DNA of 64,000 nucleotides, taken from positions 2,837-66,836 of the forward strand of contig CAIYSZ010000028.1 in NCBI GenBank assembly GCA_903928965.1, written 5' to 3'. How positions within the stretch are numbered: the first letter of the stretch is position 1; every line of letters begins with the position of its first letter. A program made the position numbers and the translations under genes. Shown here in pieces: positions 9,670-21,042 of the stretch. The stretch comes from an uncultured Pseudomonadota bacterium (GTDB lineage: Bacteria > Pseudomonadota > Gammaproteobacteria > Methylococcales > Methylomonadaceae). The notes under the pieces are model-generated. The model made no database searches. It saw only the letters and a list, made by a program, of their open reading frames with translations, and was not told the origin of the DNA.

Positions 9670-11964
9670 GTGAGAAAAAATCCGGTTTTTCAAGTTCTTG
9701 TGCTAGGGACGCTTGCCTCGCGGGCCGCGATGGCCGGCGGGGAATTTATAGTGGACGATATACAGGTCAAAGGCTTGCAACGTATTTCGGCGGGTACGGT
9801 TTACAATTATTTGCCCGTGAATATCGGCGATACTTTTACCGAGGAAAAACAAGGCGCGGCGATCCGGGCGTTGTTCAACACCGGTTTTTTTAAGGACATT
9901 GTGCTGGAGCGCGAGGGCAACACCTTGGTGGTCGAGGTGGTGGAGCGGCCTTCGGTGGCCAAGATTGCCATTGAAGGAAATAAGGATATTAAAAAGGAGG
10001 ATTTGACCGAAGCCTTGAAAAAGATAGGCTTGACGGAAGGTAAAACCTATAACAAGCAAATGCTGGACAAGGTGGAGCAGGAGTTGCGCCGCCAGTATTT
10101 TAGCCACGGCAAATATGGTTTGAAAATTAAAACCGAGGTCACGGAGTTGAGCCGCAACCGGGTGGCGATCAAGATTGAAATCACCGAGGGCAAGGTGGCG
10201 AAAATCAAGCAGATCAATGTGGTAGGCAATCATGCGTTCAGCACCGAAGTCTTGCGCAAGGAATTTGAATTGAGCGCGACTAATTTTTTGTCTTTTTATT
10301 CCAAGGATGATCAATATTCCAAGCAAAAATTGTCCGCCGACTTGGAGAAGTTGCGTTCGTATTATTTAGATCGCGGCTATATCAATTTTTCCATCGAATC
10401 TACTCAGGTCGATATCACCGCCGATAAAAAGGAAATTTATATTACCATTAACGTCAAGGAGGGCGAGGTTTACACCTTGGACAAGGTAAAACTGACTGGC
10501 GAGTTGATCGTGTCGCCGGAGGATTTGCTCAAATTGGTGCGGGTGGGGCCGGGCGAAATTTTTTCCCGTAAAAACGCGACCGAAACCTCCAAGGCCATCT
10601 CCGACCGTTTAGGAAATGACGGTTATATGTTCGCCAACGTGAACATGGTGCCGGAAATTAACGATGCGGCTAAAACCGTGACCATGACCTTTTTCGTGGA
10701 CCCGGGCAAGCGTGTTTACGTGCGCCGGATCAACGTCAAGGGTAACACGAAGACCAGGGACGAGGTGATACGTCGGGAAATGCGGCAAATGGAGTCCAGC
10801 TGGGCTGCAAGCAATAAAATCGAGCGTTCAAAGACCAGGCTGGAACGCTTGGGGTTCTTTGAGGAGGTTGGCGTGGAGACGCCGGCGGTGGTCGGAGCCG
10901 GCGATCAGGTGGACGTCAATTATTCGGTCAAGGAAAAGGCTTCCGGCAATTTGCAGGCTGGCGTCGGCTATTCCCAGGTGCAAGGCATTATTTTCAACGC
11001 GAACATCTCGCAGGACAATATTTTCGGCACCGGCAAGCGGGTGGATCTGGGGTTTAACAATAGTTATATCATGACTCGTTATAATCTCGGCTTTACCGAT
11101 CCTTATTTTACCCTGGACGGGGTGTCGGTAGGCTATAACGTGGGTTATACCACGCGTAACGCTTATGCCGCTAACTTGGCCAGTTATAATACGGCGGTGG
11201 AAAACGGTTCCATGAACTTCGGCATACCGCTGAACGAGTTCAATCGGCTCGGCTTCGATATGGAGGCCAAGCATACCGGTATTTCCACCAACAATTTGTC
11301 GTCGCCGCTGATTGTGGATTATCTTAAACTCAACGGCCACAAATTCACCACTTTTTCGATTTCGGCCGGTTGGACGCACGACACCCTGGATAAGCCTACG
11401 TTCTCCAGCCGCGGCGGTCAACAGCGCATCTCCGGTTTGATCACGGTGCCCGGCAGCGATTTGGACTATTACAAGATTAGTTACAAGCATCAACATTTCT
11501 TCGCTTTGTCGAATGATTTCACGTTTCGCATGCTGGGCGAGGTGTCGCACGGCGACGGTTACGGGCATACCACCGGATTGCCGTTTTTTGAAAATTATTA
11601 CGCGGGCGGTACCGGCGACGTGCGCGGTTTTATGCAAAACACGCTGGGACCGCGCGACGGTTCGGTGTACAATCGACCCTTCGGCGGCTCTACCAAGGCG
11701 GTCGCCAAGCTGGAGATGTTTTTTCCGTTGCCTTTCCTGAGTGAATTAAAATCGGTGCGGGTGGGCGCTTTCATGGACGGCGGCACCTTGGCTAACAGTT
11801 TTAGTCTGCATAGCATGGATCAGTATTTACGTTATTCCGCTGGTTTGTCCGGCGAATGGATGTCGCCGTTTGGCGCGCTGGCGATCAGCATCGCGCATCC
11901 AATGAACGTGCATACCAACGATTACACCCAAGCGTTCCAATTCACTTTCGGTTCCGGATTTTAG
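9670..11964 (+). CDS. bamA: Outer membrane protein assembly factor BamA
   Basis: POTRA repeats (DIQVKGLQRIS), VRGF motif, C-terminal FQFTFGSGF. Confidence 0.97.
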   Translation: MRKNPVFQVLVLGTLASRAAMAGGEFIVDDIQVKGLQRISAGTVYNYLPVNIGDTFTEEKQGAAIRALFNTGFFKDIVLEREGNTLVVEVVERPSVAKIAIEGNKDIKKEDLTEALKKIGLTEGKTYNKQMLDKVEQELRRQYFSHGKYGLKIKTEVTELSRNRVAIKIEITEGKVAKIKQINVVGNHAFSTEVLRKEFELSATNFLSFYSKDDQYSKQKLSADLEKLRSYYLDRGYINFSIESTQVDITADKKEIYITINVKEGEVYTLDKVKLTGELIVSPEDLLKLVRVGPGEIFSRKNATETSKAISDRLGNDGYMFANVNMVPEINDAAKTVTMTFFVDPGKRVYVRRINVKGNTKTRDEVIRREMRQMESSWAASNKIERSKTRLERLGFFEEVGVETPAVVGAGDQVDVNYSVKEKASGNLQAGVGYSQVQGIIFNANISQDNIFGTGKRVDLGFNNSYIMTRYNLGFTDPYFTLDGVSVGYNVGYTTRNAYAANLASYNTAVENGSMNFGIPLNEFNRLGFDMEAKHTGISTNNLSSPLIVDYLKLNGHKFTTFSISAGWTHDTLDKPTFSSRGGQQRISGLITVPGSDLDYYKISYKHQHFFALSNDFTFRMLGEVSHGDGYGHTTGLPFFENYYAGGTGDVRGFMQNTLGPRDGSVYNRPFGGSTKAVAKLEMFFPLPFLSELKSVRVGAFMDGGTLANSFSLHSMDQYLRYSAGLSGEWMSPFGALAISIAHPMNVHTNDYTQAFQFTFGSGF

Positions 11965-12068
11965 TTTGGCTTGGCCGGGTTTAATCTTATAGGCTTTTAT
12001 CTTATAATTATCTAATCCGTTTAATAATTTTATTTTCCTTTTTGAATTTAGTTGGAGATGGTTATTCC

Positions 12069-12581
12069 ATGAAGAAAAAAACAAGCTTGTTATTAATGGC
12101 CGCGAGCGTTCTGTTAATGGCCGCCGGCGTCGCCCAAGCGGAGCTGAAAATAGGTTTTGTCAATGTCGGCAAGGTATTGGAGAAAGCCCCGCAAGCCCAA
12201 AAAGCCAAAACCCGTCTGGAAACCGAATTTTCTCCGCGCGACAAGGCTTTGATGTCGCAACAAAAAGAAATTAAGAACCTGGAAGATAAACTGACCCGCG
12301 ATTCGGCGGTGATGGGCGATGAAGAGCGGCGTAAGCTGGAAAAAGATATCGTGGATAAAAAACGCGATGCCGCCCGCGCGCAGCAGGAGTTTAGCGAGGA
12401 TTTGAATATGCGCCGGAACGAAGAACTGGGCAATTTGCAAAAACGCATAGTCGAAGCGGTTAGGGCCTTGGCCAAGGAAGAGTCTTATGATTTGTTGTTG
12501 ACCGACGGCGTGATTTACGCCAATGATCAAATTGACGTCACCGCCCGCGTGCAGCAAAAACTGGAAACTTTGTCGCAATAA
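12069..12581 (+). CDS. skp: Periplasmic chaperone Skp/OmpH
   Basis: KIGFVNV..VL, coiled-coil tentacles, YDLLL..GVIYA..IDVT; immediately after bamA. Confidence 0.95.
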   Translation: MKKKTSLLLMAASVLLMAAGVAQAELKIGFVNVGKVLEKAPQAQKAKTRLETEFSPRDKALMSQQKEIKNLEDKLTRDSAVMGDEERRKLEKDIVDKKRDAARAQQEFSEDLNMRRNEELGNLQKRIVEAVRALAKEESYDLLLTDGVIYANDQIDVTARVQQKLETLSQ

Positions 12582-12622
12582 GCTTTTGTTCGCCCTTCCG
12601 TTTCCGAAACTCCATTGATTTT

Positions 12623-13075
12623 ATGAGTATTACGCTGGACACTTTGCAAATCCAAGAATATTTGCCGCATCGGTATCCGTTTTTATTGGTCGACCGGGTG
12701 TTGGCCTGCGAACCGGGCGTCAGTTTGCTGGGTTTGAAAAACGTGAGCTTTAACGAGCCTTTTTTTCAAGGCCATTTTCCGGCGCAACCGGTATTCCCTG
12801 GGGTATTGATCGTGGAGGCCTTGGCGCAAGGCACCGGTTTGCTGGCTTCCTTGAGCGACGCGGCCTTGGGCAAGGGTGTGACCTATTATCTGGCCGCGGT
12901 GGATAATGCACGGTTCAAAAAGCAGGTGACTCCCGGCGACCAGTTGTTGCTGCATATACAGTATATTAAGCATAAGCGCCATATTTGGTCTTTCGATTGC
13001 CGCGCCGAGGTGAACGGGGAATTGGCGGCCAGCGCCGAGATCATGTGCGCGGCGAGCAAGAATGTGACGGTATAG
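12623..13075 (+). CDS. fabZ: 3-hydroxyacyl-ACP dehydratase FabZ
   Basis: [34 protein letters not shown]. Confidence 0.97.
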   Translation: MSITLDTLQIQEYLPHRYPFLLVDRVLACEPGVSLLGLKNVSFNEPFFQGHFPAQPVFPGVLIVEALAQGTGLLASLSDAALGKGVTYYLAAVDNARFKKQVTPGDQLLLHIQYIKHKRHIWSFDCRAEVNGELAASAEIMCAASKNVTV

Positions 13076-13083
13076 TGACGGAT

Positions 13084-13854
13084 ATGATCGATCCTAGAGC
13101 GGTAGTGCATTTAAACGCGGAATTGGCCGAAAATGTCAAGGTTGGCCCGTTCACTATTATCGGGCCGGACGTGCAAATCGATTCCGGAACCCTGATTGGC
13201 CCGCACGTGGTGATTAAAGGTCCCACTACGATAGGCCGGGACAATGAAATTTATCAATTTACCTCCATCGGCGAGGACCCGCAGGATAAAAAATACGCCG
13301 ACGAGGTGACGCGCTTGCAGATCGGCGACCGTAACGTGATCCGCGAGTTTTGCACCATGCACCGCGGCACGCAACAGGATAAGGGCGTCACCTTGATCGG
13401 CAACGATAATTTGTTCATGGCCTACACGCATGTGGCGCACGATTGTCAGATCGGCAATCATGTCATCATGGCTAACGGCGCTTCCATCGCTGGGCATGTA
13501 CATATTGGCCATCATGCTATCCTGGGCGGCTTTACCCTGGTGCATCAATTTACTCAAATCGGTGAATACAGTTTTTCGGCCATGGGCAGCGCCATTACTC
13601 AGGACGTGCCGCCGTTTGTGATGGTCGGCGGCCGGCCGACGCGCCCGCATGGCATTAATTCCATCGGCATGGAGCGCAACGGTATGCCGCCGGAGGTGAT
13701 CCGGCAAATTCGTAAGGCGTATAAGATTCTGTATAAGAATAATTTACGCTTGGAGGACGCGATTGAGGAAATGGAAGATATGGCCGGTGAAAGCAATGAA
13801 TTGTCGAATATGGTGAGTTTTTTGCGCAACGTCACGCGCGGCATTTTGCGTTAG
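13084..13854 (+). CDS. lpxA: UDP-N-acetylglucosamine acyltransferase LpxA
   Basis: Hexapeptide repeats; [25 protein letters not shown]. Confidence 0.96.
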   Translation: MIDPRAVVHLNAELAENVKVGPFTIIGPDVQIDSGTLIGPHVVIKGPTTIGRDNEIYQFTSIGEDPQDKKYADEVTRLQIGDRNVIREFCTMHRGTQQDKGVTLIGNDNLFMAYTHVAHDCQIGNHVIMANGASIAGHVHIGHHAILGGFTLVHQFTQIGEYSFSAMGSAITQDVPPFVMVGGRPTRPHGINSIGMERNGMPPEVIRQIRKAYKILYKNNLRLEDAIEEMEDMAGESNELSNMVSFLRNVTRGILR

Positions 13855-13856
13855 GT

Positions 13857-14417
13857 GTGCGGGGCGTAGCCGGCATAGACGAGGTTGGACGCGGTTGTTT
13901 GGCCGGTCCCGTTATTGCGGCCGCGGTGGTGTTGCCTCCCGGTTTGGCCTTGCCCGGTTTGGCCGATTCCAAGCAATTGAGCGCAAAGCGCCGCGAGGCG
14001 TTGGCCGGGCATATCCGGGCTTCCGCCTTGGCTTGGGCTTTGGGGCGGGCCGAGGCCAGCGAAATCGACCGCATGAATATTCTACAGGCTTCGCTATTGG
14101 CGATGCGGCGGGCCTATGCGCAAATCGCCGCTTGGGCCGATTACGCCAAGGTGGATGGCAATCGCTGGCCGGAACTGCCGTGTCCGGGCGAGGCGATTGT
14201 CGGCGGCGATCAACTGATCGCCGAAATCTCGGCGGCTTCGATTCTAGCCAAGACTGCGCGCGACGCGGAAATGCTGACTCTGGACCTGCTGTATCCCGGC
14301 TATGGCTTCGCCGGGCATAAGGCGTATCCTACCCGCGAGCATGTGGCCCGGCTGCAAGCCTTGGGGCCTAGTCCGCAACATCGACGTTCCTTCGCGCCGG
14401 TAAGGCGTTTTCTTTGA
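13857..14417 (+). CDS. rnhB: Ribonuclease HII
   Basis: [37 protein letters not shown]. Confidence 0.96.
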   Translation: MRGVAGIDEVGRGCLAGPVIAAAVVLPPGLALPGLADSKQLSAKRREALAGHIRASALAWALGRAEASEIDRMNILQASLLAMRRAYAQIAAWADYAKVDGNRWPELPCPGEAIVGGDQLIAEISAASILAKTARDAEMLTLDLLYPGYGFAGHKAYPTREHVARLQALGPSPQHRRSFAPVRRFL

Positions 14418-14433
14418 GTCTGTCTCCAAGAGT

Positions 14434-17400
14434 ATGTCGCCCACTTTTGTTCATTTACGCATCCATACCGAATTTTCCTTGATCGACGGCGTCGTGCGGA
14501 TTAAACCGCTGGTGCGTACGTTGGAGAGTCTCGGCATGCCCGCCGCCGCCGTGACAGAACAAGGCAATCTGTTTTCCTTGGTCAAGTTTTATAGGGCGGC
14601 GCAAGCCGCCGGGGTCAAGCCTATCGTGGGCGCGGACGTCTGGGTAGTCAACCCGGAGGACGTCAACGCGCCGCATCGTTTGACTTTGCTGGCCCGCAAC
14701 CGGCAAGGCTATGTCACGCTGACCGAATTGATTTCCCGCGCTTATCAGGAAGGCCAATATTTGGGTACGCCGATGCTGCGCAAGGCTTGGATTGCCGAAA
14801 ATGCCCAAGGCTTGATTGCCTTGTCCGGTGCCATGGACGGCGATATCGGTCAGGCCTTGCTTGCGGACAATCCGGCTCAAGCGCGGGCGTGCGCGGAATT
14901 TTGGCGCGAGGTGTTTCCTGATTGTTTTTATTTGGAAGTGCAGCGCGTCGGCAAGGCCGAGGAAGAGCGTTACTTGCTTTTGGCCGCGGAATTGGGCGCG
15001 GATTTAGATCTGCCGCTGGTGGCGACCAATGATGTGCGTTTTTTGCGGCCCGAGGATTTTGAGGCGCACGAGGTGCGGGTGTGCATTAACCAGGGCCGGG
15101 TATTGGATGATAGCCGGCGGCCGCGCAATTATACCGATCGGCAATATTTGCGCAGCGCGGAGGAAATGGCCGAGTTGTTCGCGGACATTCCGGCGGCCTT
15201 GGTCAATAGCGTGGCGATAGCCATGCGCTGTAATGTGGCCTTAAGTCTGGGCGAGAATTATTTGCCGGATTTTCCGGTTCCTGAAGGTTTGAGCGTGGCC
15301 GACTATTTTCGGCAAACCTCGCGCCAAGGCTTGGAGGAACGCCTGGCCGCCTGGCCGCCGGCCGGCGATGGCGATATCGCCGTCACGCGCCGGATATATG
15401 ATCAGCGTCTGGAAACTGAATTGGATGTGATCATCCAGATGGGTTTTCCGGGTTATTTTTTGATCGTGGCGGATTTTATCCAATGGGCTAAGCAGCATGG
15501 CATTCCGGTCGGGCCGGGCCGGGGCTCCGGGGCCGGCTCCTTGGTGGCTTACGCCTTGAACATTACCGATTTGGACCCGATTGAATTCGATTTGCTGTTT
15601 GAGCGGTTTTTGAATCCGGAGCGGGTGTCGATGCCGGATTTCGATATCGATTTTTGCATGGAGCGGCGGGACGAGGTGATTGACTACGTGGCGCGCCGCT
15701 ATGGCCGGGAGCGGGTGTCGCAAATCATTACTTATGGTTCCATGGCGGCCAAGGCGGTGATTCGCGACGTGGGCCGGGTGATGTCGCTGTCTTATGGTTT
15801 TGTGGATCGCTTGGCTAAATTGATTCCGTTTGAAATCGGCATGACCTTGGACAAGGCCTTGCGCGACAGTCCGGAACTGAAGCAGTTGTACGATGGCGAG
15901 GAAGAGGTCAAGGGCTTGATCGACATGGCGCAAGCCTTGGAAGGCATGGCGCGCAACGCCGGCAAGCACGCCGGCGGGGTGGTGATCGCGCCTAGCAAGC
16001 TGACCGATTTTACGCCTTTGTATTGCGAGGAGGGCGGCGGCAATTTGGTGACGCAGTTCGACAAGGATGACGTGGAGGCCGTGGGTCTGGTCAAGTTCGA
16101 CTTTTTGGGCTTGCGCACGCTGACCATCATCGATTGGGCCTTGCAAACCATTAACGCGCGGCGCGCGGCGCGGGGCGAAGAGCCGATAGATATTGCCCGC
16201 ATTCCGCGCGACGACGCGCCGACTTACGATTGGTTGAAGCAGGCGCGCACCACGGCGGTGTTCCAGTTGGAGTCGCGCGGCATGAAGGAGTTGATCAAGA
16301 AACTGAAGCCGGATTGCTTTGACGATATTATCGCGCTGGTGGCCTTGTTCCGGCCGGGGCCGTTGGAGTCCGGCATGGTGGACGATTATATCAATGTCAA
16401 GCACGGCGCGAAGGCGGAATACGCGCATCCGATTTTGGAGCCGATTCTGAATCCCACCAACGGGGTTATTTTGTATCAGGAGCAGGTGATGCAAATCGCC
16501 CGCGAAATGGCGGGCTATACCCTGGGCGGCGCGGATATGCTGCGGCGGGCGATGGGTAAGAAGAAACCGGAGGAAATGGCCAAGCAGCGGGAAAGCTTTA
16601 CCGCCGGGGCCTTGCAAAACGGTATAGACGTTTCTGTCGCCAGTCATATTTTCGATTTAATGGAAAAGTTCGCCGGCTACGGTTTCAATAAATCGCATTC
16701 GGCGGCCTACGCTTTAGTGGCGTATCAGACCGCTTGGTTGAAGCGGCATCATTCAGCCGCCTTTATGGCGGCGGTGATGTCGTCGGACATGGATAATACC
16801 GACAAAGTGGTGGTGTTGATCGAGGAATGCCGGGCCTTGAAATTGAGCATTCGGCCGCCGGACGTGAATTATTCCGCTTACCGGTTTACCGTGGACGCCG
16901 AGGATAACATTGTTTACGGCTTGGGCGCGATTAAAGGCGTGGGCGAGAATGCGATTCAGGATTTAGTGGCCGCGCGCAATCAGGAAGGACTGTATCAGAA
17001 TTTATACGATTTTTGCCGGCGCGTGGATTTACGCAAGGTAAACCGCCGGGTGTTGGAGGCCTTGATCAAGTCCGGGGCCATGGATAGCCTGCATGCCAAC
17101 CGGGCGGCCCTGCTGGCGGAATTGGACACGGCCTTGAAAACCGCCGAGCAGCGCGGCAAAATGCTGGAAGCGGGACAGCACGATTTATTCGGCCTGGATG
17201 GTTTGCAAGAAACCGCCGCCGCCTCGGGGCAATCCGCGCCGGCCCCGGAATGGCCGGAGCGTGAAAAATTGGAGGCGGAAAAGCAAACCTTGGGTTTTTT
17301 TCTGTCCGGACATCCTATCAGTGAATATTTACCGGAACTGCGGCAGTTCACGCATGCCGCGCTCGGCGATTTGGAGACCGGCGGCGAGCGCGGGCGCGGC

Positions 17401-17919
17401 AAGTTGGAGGGGCGTTTCGCCGGCATGATCGTGGATCTGCGTTTGCGGCAAAGCAAAACCGGCAAGACCATGGCTTTTGCCACCATTGATGACCGTAGCG
17501 GCAAGTTGGAGGTGGCGGTGTATAACGAGGCTTATCAAAAATACCGGGAGTTGCTGGTTAAGGATGCCATTTTAGTGGCGGAGGGCGGTTTGGGCGTGGA
17601 TGAATTCACCAACAGCTGGCGTTTGGCGGCGGATAAATTGTACGGCATTGAGCAAGCGCGGGAAATGTTCGCCCGCGGTTTGCATCTTGTTTGGCGGCGC
17701 GGCGAATGGACGGCGCAGAGGGATTTCTGCGCCGAGTTGGCGGCGGCGCTGTCCCCTTACGCCGGCGGCCGCTGCCCGGTGTTTTTGGAGTTTTTGGGCG
17801 GCGAAGCCAAGGCGGCCTTGCAGTTGGGGGATGCTTGGCGCGTGCGTCCGGCGGACGAGTTGTTCATCGCCTTGCGCCGCTTGCTGGGGCGGGATGGCGT
17901 GCAATTGCGCTATAAGTGA
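14434..17919 (+). CDS. dnaE: DNA polymerase III alpha subunit
   Basis: FVHLRIHTEFSLIDG, GPGRGSGAGS, FERFLNPERVSMPDFDIDF, FNKSHSAAY. Confidence 0.98.
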   Translation: MSPTFVHLRIHTEFSLIDGVVRIKPLVRTLESLGMPAAAVTEQGNLFSLVKFYRAAQAAGVKPIVGADVWVVNPEDVNAPHRLTLLARNRQGYVTLTELISRAYQEGQYLGTPMLRKAWIAENAQGLIALSGAMDGDIGQALLADNPAQARACAEFWREVFPDCFYLEVQRVGKAEEERYLLLAAELGADLDLPLVATNDVRFLRPEDFEAHEVRVCINQGRVLDDSRRPRNYTDRQYLRSAEEMAELFADIPAALVNSVAIAMRCNVALSLGENYLPDFPVPEGLSVADYFRQTSRQGLEERLAAWPPAGDGDIAVTRRIYDQRLETELDVIIQMGFPGYFLIVADFIQWAKQHGIPVGPGRGSGAGSLVAYALNITDLDPIEFDLLFERFLNPERVSMPDFDIDFCMERRDEVIDYVARRYGRERVSQIITYGSMAAKAVIRDVGRVMSLSYGFVDRLAKLIPFEIGMTLDKALRDSPELKQLYDGEEEVKGLIDMAQALEGMARNAGKHAGGVVIAPSKLTDFTPLYCEEGGGNLVTQFDKDDVEAVGLVKFDFLGLRTLTIIDWALQTINARRAARGEEPIDIARIPRDDAPTYDWLKQARTTAVFQLESRGMKELIKKLKPDCFDDIIALVALFRPGPLESGMVDDYINVKHGAKAEYAHPILEPILNPTNGVILYQEQVMQIAREMAGYTLGGADMLRRAMGKKKPEEMAKQRESFTAGALQNGIDVSVASHIFDLMEKFAGYGFNKSHSAAYALVAYQTAWLKRHHSAAFMAAVMSSDMDNTDKVVVLIEECRALKLSIRPPDVNYSAYRFTVDAEDNIVYGLGAIKGVGENAIQDLVAARNQEGLYQNLYDFCRRVDLRKVNRRVLEALIKSGAMDSLHANRAALLAELDTALKTAEQRGKMLEAGQHDLFGLDGLQETAAASGQSAPAPEWPEREKLEAEKQTLGFFLSGHPISEYLPELRQFTHAALGDLETGGERGRGKLEGRFAGMIVDLRLRQSKTGKTMAFATIDDRSGKLEVAVYNEAYQKYRELLVKDAILVAEGGLGVDEFTNSWRLAADKLYGIEQAREMFARGLHLVWRRGEWTAQRDFCAELAAALSPYAGGRCPVFLEFLGGEAKAALQLGDAWRVRPADELFIALRRLLGRDGVQLRYK

Positions 17920-17939
17920 TTTTAAGCGGGCGGCGGGTA

Positions 17940-18140
17940 ATGAGCGGAGTTGATATGGATGAGATGTTGTGCAAGTGCGGCGGCGTGACGCGGGCGCAAG
18001 TGGACTATTGGTTCGGGCAAGGGGTCTGCACGCTGGAGGGCTTGTCGCGCAAGACCGGCGCGGTTTCCGGTTGCGGGGGCTGCGAGCCGGAGCTGTTGGC
18101 GGCGTTAGCTGCGGCGGAGAATAATATGAGTGATGGCTAG
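17940..18140 (+). CDS. BFD-like (2Fe-2S)-binding small protein
   Basis: CKCGGV...TGAVSGCGGC, the BFD CxC...CxxC pattern. Confidence 0.75.
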   Translation: MSGVDMDEMLCKCGGVTRAQVDYWFGQGVCTLEGLSRKTGAVSGCGGCEPELLAALAAAENNMSDG

Positions 18141-18199
18141 CTAGGAAAGCTACAATTTATATTGTATGAACCCATTGATAATGCGCTTGGATAACACAA

Positions 18200-19233
18200 A
18201 TGAAACTTAAGCATATTACTCTACATAATTATCGCGGATTTGATAATGTTACGTTTTATTTTCATCCAGAATCCAATGTCTTAATAGGTGATAACGGTAA
18301 GGGAAAAACTACTGTTCTGGACGCTATTGCCGTCATGCTGGGTTCGTATTTCATAGGTTCGGGTATGGATGTGGGTCAGAAGGGCATTAAAAAAGACGAT
18401 GCTAGAATCAGTTACTATTCCAGAGGCGGGCAATCCTATTGTCAACCGGAAAAAGACGTCTATATTGAAGCCGTGGCGGAATTTGATGGTGGCACTATTG
18501 CCTGGCGTAGGGAGATTGGCGATCGCTGCGGAAAAGCGCAAATGCTCAGAAATTTGGGCGAATTATATCGACATGCCATTATTATGGTTCAGGCCGGTTA
18601 TGGGAAACGAGGAATAAAATTGCGGTGGAAAAGCCTAAGCATCAACTTGACGCATATCGATATTGCCTAGATCCAAGGTCGGATCATAGGGCTTTTGAAG
18701 AATGGTTTAAGCGGCTTTCGTATGCGGAAATTCAGCAAGGGAAACCAAATCCGGCATTGGACACCGTTAGGGAAACCGTTAAAAATTCGATTCCAGATGT
18801 GAAAGGATTTTATCATGATATAGATCAAGATCGCGCCATTGTCTCGTTTGCTAATCATAGTGTCATGCCTTTCAACTACTTGTCTGATGGTTACAGGAAT
18901 ATGGTCGCCATGCTGGCGGATATTTCCTATCGCGCGATACGCTTGAATCCTCACCTCGAACAAGACGCCGCGAAAAAAACCAAGGGCATTGTGTTAATTG
19001 ATGAACTGGATATGCATTTGCATCCTAAATGGCAACGTAGAATAGTTCAGGATTTACAAAATGCGTTTCCTGATATGCAATTTATCGCCACCACCCATTC
19101 GCCTTTTATTTTGCAATCCCTGGAATCAGGCCAAGTAATAGATTTGAACTTGGATCAAGAGGATGAGGAACAGGCGAATACTTATGCGATGCTTGCCGAC
19201 AAAGCTGGGCCGGGACCAGCATACTCTTATTGA
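18200..19233 (+). pseudogene. Frameshifted AAA ATPase of Septu PtuA type
   Basis: Walker A GDNGKGKT is in frame 18200-18670. The conserved continuation YYGSGRLW...YCLDPRSD...LSDGYRN...LIDELDMHLHPKWQ...QFIATTHSP is in another frame from ~18580. AT-rich. Confidence 0.8.
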
Positions 19234-19537
19234 ATTGACTGGTTTAGACAGACAACCCGCTAATGACGTGTCAGCTAAAGATAGGCGCTGGATCAACCGT
19301 AGAGAAACTTGGTATGTAGCGATTGATTCCAAGACCAATCTAGGTTTATGTGATACCGATCAAATGCGGAAGCAAATAGTAAAAACCTGTATTGCGGCCG
19401 GATATTGGAGTGTTTGGATGACCGTTTTTAGGGATGACGCGGATATGTTGAGGCGTTTTATTGATGAATTTACAGGTACTTGTGTCGCCTGTTTTGATGC
19501 GAATAATCAATATCAACCTATTGCTCGTTCCGATTAA
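19229..19537 (+). pseudogene. C-terminal remnant of a PtuB-like HNH partner
   Basis: IELTGLDRQP...DRRWINRRETW...GYWSVWMTVFRDDADMLRRF..F.GT resembles the C-terminus of ATPase-associated HNH proteins; no N-terminal HNH domain or proper start. Confidence 0.6.
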
Positions 19538-19707
19538 GATTAGCCAAAAATAAATATTCAGTGATGTTACTTTTTTCAGGCTTGCAAATTATGCCTGAAC
19601 CAATGTTTTAGCTGGATTGTGTTGTTATTCCGCGCCGGGTTCGTGGTAATATAACCTATCCTTAACACCAAGGCCGCGCCGGAAACGGTAAGAGGCGGCT
19701 GTCGCCA

Positions 19708-21012
19708 GTGGAAATTTGGCTAATCATTGCGCTGATTTGCGTTAACGCTGTTTTCGCTTTGTCGGAAATGGCCGTCGTTTCGTCCTCCAAGGTGCGCTTG
19801 CAGCAGTTGGCGGACGAGAAACGTCCCGGAGCCCGGACGGCTTTGAAATTGCATCAAGAACCTTCCCGGTTTCTGTCCACCGTGCAGGTGGGGATTACCT
19901 TGGTGGCGATTTTGAACGGTTTTTTAGGCGAGGATGCTTTAGTGACGCCGTTGAAACAACAATTTCTGAAAATCCCGTTCCTGGAGCCTTACGCCGAGGC
20001 GGCGGCGCGGGTGGCGACCGTGAGTTTGATTACTTATTTTTCGGTGGTGATCGGCGAATTGGCCCCCAAGCGTCTGGCTTTGTTGCGTCCGGAGCGGGCC
20101 GCGCTAATAGTCGCCCGGCCCATGAATTTTATTGCCGTTTTTTCCAGCCCGTTTGTGTGGTTGTTGTCGGTTTCCAGTAACGGTATTTTGCGCTTGTTGC
20201 GCGCGCACCGCCAGCCGGAGGCCACCGTGACTAACGAGGAAATCAAGTTGTTGATGGAGATCGGCTCCAAGTCCGGCGTGTTTCATGAAAGCGAGGGCGC
20301 TCTGGTCACCAATGTCATGCGTTTGGACGAGCAGCGGGTCGGCGCGATCATGACGCCGCGCAAGGATATTTACTGCATAGATTTGGATGCCGGCGAGGAA
20401 GAGATTCTGGCGCGGGTGGCCGATTGCCCCTATTCGCGGGCGGTGGTGTGCCGTAAAGGTTTGGATAACATCACCGGCGTGTTGCAACGCAGCGATTTGT
20501 TGCAGGCCTTGATGCAGGGCATGAAGCCGGAGATTAGGGCACGGCAACGGCCGGCGGTATATGTGCCGGATAATTTGACCTTGGCGCAGTTATTGAAGTT
20601 TTTTCAGGAGAACCACGCGGACTTCGTGCTGGTGGTGAATGAGTATGGGGAGACCGAGGGTTTGGCGACCTTGAGCGACGTGCTGGGGGCGATAGTCGGC
20701 GAGTTGCCGAGTCAGGAGTCGATGAGCGACCCTGAGGTATTGCCGCGCGCCGAGGGCGGTTGGGTGATTGATGGCGGGGTGTCGATTAAGCGCTTGAAGA
20801 TGGTGATTGGCATGAACGGCTATTTTCCGGGCGAGGCGGACAACGAATACAATACCTTGAGCGGTTTAATTTTGTATCAATTAGAAAAAATCCCGCAAGT
20901 CGGCGATCATTTTGATTATTTAAATTGGTATTTCGAGGTGGCGGAGTTGGACGAGGCGCGAATCAATAAGGTATTGGTGACTTGCCAACTTGCCGAAGCG
21001 GCGCATGCATAA
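19708..21012 (+). CDS. HlyC/CorC (CNNM) family protein with CBS and CorC domains
   Basis: FALSEMAVVSS, STVQVGIT, GELAPKRLAL, CBS pair (IMTPR, VNEYG...GL.TL.D), CorC tail. Confidence 0.9.
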   Translation: MEIWLIIALICVNAVFALSEMAVVSSSKVRLQQLADEKRPGARTALKLHQEPSRFLSTVQVGITLVAILNGFLGEDALVTPLKQQFLKIPFLEPYAEAAARVATVSLITYFSVVIGELAPKRLALLRPERAALIVARPMNFIAVFSSPFVWLLSVSSNGILRLLRAHRQPEATVTNEEIKLLMEIGSKSGVFHESEGALVTNVMRLDEQRVGAIMTPRKDIYCIDLDAGEEEILARVADCPYSRAVVCRKGLDNITGVLQRSDLLQALMQGMKPEIRARQRPAVYVPDNLTLAQLLKFFQENHADFVLVVNEYGETEGLATLSDVLGAIVGELPSQESMSDPEVLPRAEGGWVIDGGVSIKRLKMVIGMNGYFPGEADNEYNTLSGLILYQLEKIPQVGDHFDYLNWYFEVAELDEARINKVLVTCQLAEAAHA

Positions 21013-21042
21013 GCTTTTGGCGGGCGCGGTTGGCGGGAATTT

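Noticed and set aside
18200-19537. Retron (Ec78-like) system
   Set aside because: No reverse transcriptase or msr-msd is visible; only ATPase and HNH-partner remnants.
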